Shown here one piece after another: positions 55,042 to 64,000 of a stretch of 64,000 nucleotides of DNA. Position 1 is the stretch's first letter, and every line of letters begins with the position of its first letter. The notes below the pieces were generated by a model. That model was not told the origin of the DNA. It saw only the letters and a program-made list of their open reading frames with translations, and ran no database searches. Source of the DNA: Octopus vulgaris (taxonomy: Eukaryota); contig OX597837.1 of NCBI GenBank assembly GCA_951406725.2, positions 930,001-994,000 of the forward strand, read 5' to 3'. The translations under genes and the position numbers were made by a program.

Positions 55042-55470
55042 TAACTAGTAGTAGTCACCGTGGTGGTGGTGGTAGTAGTTGTAGTAATCGTAGTAGTAGT
55101 TGTAGTAGAAAAATAGTGGGGATGTGGTAATAGTAGGAGTGGGTGGTTGTGATCAGAATTGTTGTATTTCGCGTAGAGGGAGGTGCTGGTGGGACGGGGA
55201 TTAGTTTGTGCTGCTGGTGGCGTGTTGGTCTGTATGCATTGTGTGACATGGAGGAATATAATATTATTGCTTGGTAATATCTTGTTTGTTAGAAAAAGAT
55301 GGCGCGGTAATAGTTACGCCACGGCTGTGGTTATTGTTGGTGTGTGTGGGGGAGGATGGGGGTTCGAGGGTGCAATACAAAAGAAAAAAAAATGGAATCC
55401 AAACAACAAAAGATCGGAACAGCAACAAAAGAATATCAAACAATATTTTACCCAAACCACCATTTTACTC

Positions 55471-55502
<32 letters not shown>

Positions 55503-56139
55503 CAATCTTTTCATCATTTATAGTCACTTAGGGACCTCGTGGCTAATAAAACCAAAACGACATACCTCCCCACCACCACGGCCAGCAGGAAAAAATACAA
55601 GTGGTAATAATGTCCTTATTAGCCACAAGCGTTTGTACAGATACAAATAATGATGATAATAAAATAAGATTAAGAAACGATGATTAGGTCTTAAAGGCGG
55701 GGACAAAGAAGTTATGCAAAGATGAGTGGAGGCGGTCAATGACGTCATATATTACTTGGAAGATTTAAAATTTCTAGAACGAAACATTTTATTCAGAGCT
55801 TTAAAATTGTTTTAGCAAACAATTCAAAGAAGGTATCTATATAAATATTAAAACGTAAGCCTGTGTTGATCTGAGTGCCCCTACATTTCTGATCTGGGTT
55901 CCGCCACATTTCTGAACGCGTTCCTGATTTAGCTCCCAACCTATTTCTTTCCTGTATTGATTCAGGATAAACTACTCGTGATCCACAGATCCAAGTTAAT
56001 CTTTTAATGGTGGCAGCCCCATATTTTACGCAGATGCATACCACTAACTCCTCTAGCGCAACCCTTCGACTCTTCTGGTTCCGTTTTAGTTAGGAGAATG
56101 TGGTTTCTGAGAGTTTTGCCGCTATTCCCAACAGATCTA

Positions 56140-56352
56140 TGCACAAAAATGGCTTTCAACATTTGGTACGTGTGTAGCAGTTTTAGACGAGGGGATTGGT
56201 CGATTACATCAACCCCAGTGCTTGGTTGACATTTTATCGATCCCGAAAAGAAAGGCTTCGGGGGGAGTTGACTTCTGAACATAAAAAAAAGGAAGAAAAT
56301 ATTGCTAAACATTTTCTCCGATGCGCTAACGGTTCTGCCAGCTCGCCTCCTT
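56140..56352 (-). mobile_element. SINE family B
   Basis: gtcgattacatcaaccccagtg..ttttatcgatcccgaaa..gctaacggttctgccagctcgcctcctta. Confidence 0.75.
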
Positions 56353-56564
56353 AGATCTACACATAGGAATAAAGATGTGATCTTAGCTGGTCCACCTTTT
56401 CTTTTTTCATTTCTTGTTCTTCGTTCTGTTCAACTTTCGATTCCTTCTCATTCCTTCAAATGGTTTCGCTATTTGATTTTTTTGTTTTTCTTTCATTTTC
56501 ATTTTCTTTCAAGTAATTAATTCTTGCGGCTGCTTTTGTTTTAAAATTTTAATATTGCCTCTAG

Positions 56565-57003
56565 ACGGCGGCGAGATGGCAGAAACATTAGCGCACCGGG
56601 CGAAATGCGTAGCCGTATTTCGTTTGCCGTTACGTTCTCGTTCTGAGTTCAAATTCCGCTGAGGTCGACTTTGCATTTCATCTTTTCGGGGTCGATAAAT
56701 TAAGTACCAGTTACGCACTGGGGTCGATGTAATCGACTTAGCACCCCTGTCTGTCCTTGTTTGTCCTCTCTATATTTAGCTCCTTGTGGGCAATAAAGAA
56801 ATAAGAATCGTTAGCACGCCGGGAAAAATGCTTAACAGCATTTCATCCGTCTTTACGTTGCGGGTTCAACTTCGGCCGAGGTCAACTTTGCTTTCATCCC
56901 TCTCGGGGTCGGTAAAATAATTACCTGTCCAGCACTGGGGACGATGTAATCAGCTTATCCCTATCTCTCGAAATTGCTAGCCTCGAGCCAACATTTAAAA
57001 CCA
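56565..57003 (+). mobile_element. Fused dimer of family B SINEs with two different tails
   Basis: Copy 1 ends cttgtgggcaataaagaaat and runs directly into agaatcgttagcacgccggg of copy 2. Confidence 0.85.
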
Positions 57004-57467
57004 ATATAGTCCCTGTAATCAAAATCGTAATCTAACCTTAATCATAATCACAATGCTGATCTTAACCGTAATTTTAATCGTAACCTTAATTATCGTCACC
57101 GAAATCACAATTGTAATCAAAATTATAATTATCATAATACAAATGATTGAAATAAGGAGAAAAAGGCGAAATAATTAACACCGAAATTGATATAACAACA
57201 TATGAATGAAATATGAAAACGAAAATATTTAAATTAAATTTTAAATTAAAAAAGAACTTGGAAAATAGAAATAGCTAAATCATTTTAAATATAAATAAAA
57301 AAATAAAACAGGTTTTCTACAGAAGCACTTTTTTCTTTTAGTATTCGTCTGTCTGTGTGTCTGACTCTTGTCCGTCTGCCTGTCTGTCTGAATATTTGAA
57401 TTTTTGTTTGTTTATTCGCTTCCTTTTTAGTTTCCTTTCGTTCGTTTGGTTTCTCTTCGAAATAATT

Positions 57468-57753
<286 letters not shown>

Positions 57754-59624
57754 TTATGAAATTATTAAATTTTATCTTAATTAATTATATATTTTTCAAG
57801 TTGATTCTTGTTTGAAATATCATTTGTTTGAAATAACATTTTGTGGTTGTTTTATATATTTAATTTCTATTTCTATGAAGTTTATTTCTTTTTCAGGTGT
57901 TTGTGTTGTTGTTTTTCTCAGGGTTGTGGTGTGTCTGTCACCATTGTAATATATAACTGAGTGTTGTGTTGCGTTCTTGAGATATTGTGCTGCGGTTGAA
58001 GCATTGCTTTCAGAGTTTCGTCGTTGTATTGGTTGCGTTTTCCGCCATATTGTGTACTCTTAGTTGTATTGTATTTTGCGTGTTTTATGTATTTGCATTT
58101 ATTTTGTTGTATTTTCTGTTCTGTTCTCGCTCGGTGCTTTTCGGTTGCGTCCGTGTATTGTTTTGTAGTATGGTGTGTGTTCGAACTTTATGCATGTGTA
58201 GTGTGTGTGTTTTCTGTGGTATATTCTGTGCCGTGGTTTAACCCAAGGTCAGCTCTTTACAGCATATCGGTGATCAAAAACTTCCTGCTGCGACCATCAT
58301 TTCCAATTATTTTGTGTTACTTATGTGATTTGAGGAAAGCTTGGATCTCTCTCTCTCTTTCCCTCTCTCTCTCCCTTCCCCTCTCTCTCTCACGAACAAC
58401 ATGCTGTGATTATAATCCGAAAATCAATTTCTTTGTGCAGCTCCTGTTGTCATAGTCATTATTATTATCGTCGCCATCATCATTGTCATCTTCATCGTTG
58501 CCATCAACCCCGTCGTCGTCACCATAATCAGCAGCAGTGAATGTAATATAATTGCAATCAAAACTACAAGGTCGGTGTGTGGGTAACATGACGGTGAGCT
58601 AACAATAGATATTTCACGGCATTTATTTCCGGTCCCACCGCATTCACTTCCGGTGACCGAGTAAAGGCAATATTGAACTTTGCTTGACGTTCAAATCCTT
58701 CAGATCAATAATGTCATTAATATTTCGATCTTGATCTTCACTGCTCCCTCACAATCCCATCTCGAAATCGTCACACTGTCTGGCTGTCTACTCTTCCACT
58801 ATGTCTGTTTTGTGTATATATGAGTGTGTATCAAAACATGTGTGCTACAATCACTTTCTATATCTCTTAACCTCTTCAAACTCATACACACATACACACA
58901 AATGTCAGTGTGTGTGTGTATACACGCACACTCTCTCCCTCTCTCACACATATACACACATACAAACATACAGACATGTGAGAATATATATAAGTGTGCG
59001 TAATCGCGTCCTCGCTATCTCTCTTAAATTTATCTCGTGTATGTGTAAATATATGTGTGTGTATGTGTATGCGTATATATATATATATATATAAACATAG
59101 ACATATGTGTACATATATATAATTTCATGCCTATACACACACACGTGCGCGTGCAGATGCCTGCGCGCAAAGAAACACCCGCTACACGTCCGTAACCACA
59201 CACGTGTCTCAGCAAACCGCGACTCCCGGCAGCTACAAATGATTGAATTGGCTTCAAGCCAGATGACACTACACACCCCTGCTTGATTACTTAATCCTAC
59301 CTGAGCAGTTCCATTTATCGACCATACTCCGCAGATACACCAAAATCTTGCTGGCCTATCAGCTTACTACTCAAAGTAATTCTTTCATAATTATTGTGAT
59401 GACTCACTCAAATGTCTTTGTACGTAGCTAGGTATCCGAACGCGCGCGCGCACACATACAGACGCACACACACACATACACACACACACACACATACACA
59501 CACACACACACAAGGCTTTTGATTCATCAAGTCGCTACTCGGAGATTCTTTTTTTCATTACGATCAATTATTTTCCCCTATGTATGTGCATCTGTCTTCA
59601 TCTAAGCGCGTGCAAGGTTATGTG

Positions 59625-59737
<113 letters not shown>

Positions 59738-61139
59738 TGTGTGTGTGCTTGTTAGCGAAACCAGATAAAACATCACCTTCAATAAAGAAATATATATATA
59801 AACTAATGGATGAGCAAAAAGGAGAATGTGTTAAAATATTTTGTGTCTAGTTTATAGTTATTTTCAGTTCAAACTTCATCGTGTGTGTGTGACACTGGGC
59901 ACGGACGAACACAACAGCTGGCAACCAAACATCAATTACTACACCAATTAGGTGCGAGTTCCATGACTCACCTGTCCTGCAACTAACTATCTCTTCCCTA
60001 GTTATTTCACCTGCTGTTTCAGCTACATACGCCCCACACCCCGCTTGTTGTCGGTCTTTCACTTTCACTCCCACCATACTGTCTTTCTTCCTTTCTTTCA
60101 CTTTTCCTTTCACCCTCTGTCCTTATTAACTTATATCTCCCCCTCTCTCTCTTTCTCCAACCACCTAGAGCTTGGCTTAGTCATCCGGATGTGCATTTCT
60201 GCGATCGAAGTTTGTGACAAGTGTATATGAAGAAAATTATATATATATATATGTGTGTGTGTGTATGTATGTATAGGTGTGTGTGTGTATGTATGCAAAT
60301 ACATAGCATATATGTGCATGTGTATACACACACGCATACACGCATGTGCGCCTCGGGTTCTGTTTGTGCTTGCTTATTAAAGCAATCAGTGTGTAAAGAA
60401 ATGCATGACTGCACACTTGCACGTCACCACACACATGTATGCACAACCTATATATATATATATATACTGACTGTATCAATTAATGAATGTCTTTTATCGA
60501 TTAAAGACATGCAATTTATGAATGCAAAACTCTCACCTGACGCATATATACGCATACGTACCTACACTGTTATATGAACGCATACACACGGACGGTTGTA
60601 TGATTATTACATATACTAACACTCCCTTATACATGCATCTAAGAACACACACGCTCACTTTTATATACTTTATATATATATATATATATATATACATGCA
60701 CACACACACACAGGTGTTCGAACATATATATGCATATGAGTTCTGCAATTCATTTTATGCATTGCAATACATACGTGTACATGTACGCGAATGTATGTGG
60801 CAGTATACACACTTATAGACCTACGCGCGCGCACTCTTATATACTTATATATATATATAAATGTGGGTATATATATATACAAATGCACACGTATATACAA
60901 ATATACATATACACATACACAAACACACACACACACACATACATATATATATATGCACATATTCATATATACATACATACACATGTATTTTTAGTACATA
61001 TATATTGTATGCGTGTATTTGTTATTGATACATTTATATTCACATTTAATTATATATTTAATTATATATATGCGTATTCGAATCTTCTCACACATTCACA
61101 CATAAACATACACACAATGCATGTGTATATATATATATG

Positions 61140-61386
<247 letters not shown>

Positions 61387-61613
61387 GTGTTGTATGTATA
61401 TATAGTGTTGTGTCCGTATATTCAAAGGGTGAAGTGGTGTGTGTGAGTGTTTTGCTTAACCTTTACAAATGTTGCGTCGAAGTAAAAAAAAATGTTGAAT
61501 AAAATCTCCAACGAATAATCTGTTAGGGAACAATAACGAAGAAAATAATTGGTGTATTTAAATATCATCTTTAGACTCGCATCATCATCATCTTTGGTGT
61601 TGCCACCGCCACC

Positions 61614-61685
<72 letters not shown>

Positions 61686-62221
61686 GTCTTCGATATCATT
61701 GTCTGTATTTTATTTTCCTAATCACACTTGAACTCGATCGTCGTATCCTCTTCAGTTTGATTGAAACGGAGTTACTCGATGTAATTGAGAAACTTAGCGT
61801 GTGTGTGTGTGTATCATATATATTCGAATGATACAACTTTTCTCGAAAAAGACAGAGCGTGCTCAATAAATGGTGTAAATTCTTTATGAAGCTGAATACA
61901 TATATGTGTATATGTTTGTGTGTATGGTTTTACCCGCAGATTTCGTCTGCACTTGTTGCTGAATGCACGACTTTATATGATTGTTTTCATTAAGGGATAT
62001 ATATTTATATTCACACGTATACCATGCATATAATATAGATTTACATTATTTGTACGCAAACTGTGATTAGACGAGGTGTGTACTCCCTGACAATAGCCTC
62101 TTTATTTCACTTGTACTGCATTGGTACTTTATTTTTATCGACCTCGGAACGATGACAGATGAAATAGAAATAGACCACGGTGCGATTTCAACTCAGTACG
62201 AAAATCTCTGTAAGTAAACAG

Positions 62222-63010
<789 letters not shown>

Positions 63011-64000
63011 ACATTTTTTCGTTGAACTACTGAGTTTGCTAATCCATCACTCATCATTTGTACTAATAACACTTGACGGTCTGTCGGAGCGACGAGGACC
63101 GTCTAATCATCTTTAAGGATGACTGATGACATTTACAGAGACTTTATTTAAAGTGAAGAAGTGTTGCACAGCGTCAGCCTTGCTCCTCTCTCGTCCATGA
63201 TGACCTTCTTCAGTCAAGATGACTGGAGATCGAACCGGGTGCAGTGCTGACCAAGACGTTGTACCTCACTCATCTTGCTCTCTGCACTCCACAATGCGTT
63301 GACGCAGTCGCCTTCCTCTCTGTTGAACTATGAAGATTTCTTCCACAGAGTCTGCTGGTTTCAGTCTTTACATTGCATAGCCAGGTAAGTCTTAACTCAT
63401 AACTGGGACGCTGACAGAGGCTACTACTCCAGGTCAGAACAGATCTGGGAACAAGAATGTTACCACACTCTTTGAGTCCCCTAGAACTTCAGAACCAGGC
63501 ATTCAAACTACTGGATGCAATTTCAAGTCATGCCCAGAAGACAAACTAATCATAAAAACAATAACAACAACCACTCCGATTCTGTTAACCATATTGCAAA
63601 TACGATTTTGAGTGAAATGTATCAACTATTAAAACCTAAATAAAACAATATTTAGTATCATAGACACACGCATACAAGACACAAAAGGACAAAGCAACAA
63701 TCCATACACACAAATGAGTAATAGGCATTGTGTGATATTTGTTGCACATGAAAAAAAAGAGCCGGAATCTTTGATAAGAACTATAAGCAATGGCTGACCT
63801 TTCCACTTCCGGTGCAATGGCGGGTGTGAATGGTTTGGTTGGGTGGCGACCCATTTAGTAGTTGACAGCGATAATAATTAAAATCATGGAATGTCATTTC
63901 CTTTTGTTGAAGAGGTGCATGGTGGTGGTAGTGGTGGTGGGGGTTTGAGTGGTGATGATGAGGAAGGTGAGATGAATGGCAAAATTGGAAGGGAGAAAAA

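Noticed and set aside
57010-57135. Hexamer periodicity (taacc/taatc) resembling telomeric repeat
   Set aside because: Too degenerate, with no true (TTAGGG)n run.
63060-63545. Possible decayed LINE 3' end and associated repeat (a similar case at 24335-24560)
   Set aside because: Resemblance only; no translatable diagnostic motif could be shown.

Overview
AT-rich, extremely microsatellite-rich animal DNA. It is most likely an intergenic or intronic stretch of an Octopus (coleoid cephalopod) genome; this is inferred from the repeat families and the (TA)n/(CA)n/(ATT)n density. No host protein-coding exon could be identified with confidence, and nearly all listed ORFs are microsatellite translations. 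Supported content: a near-intact 1.29-kb DD34D mariner (29421-30711), a decayed maT/DD37D-type transposon (22083-24028) interrupted by a ~0.7-kb insertion, an RTE-clade LINE 3' fragment with C2H2 fingers and a 5' inversion (12578-13434), older RTE remnants, MITEs, and several dozen tRNA-derived SINE copies from at least four families, often in head-to-tail arrays. The most notable unannotated signals are two type I hammerhead-ribozyme folds with a shared palindromic helix III (10199-10270 minus; 30946-31011 plus), near-perfect local inverted duplications, and a few compact transcription-factor motif islands. Coordinates of degraded repeats are approximate.
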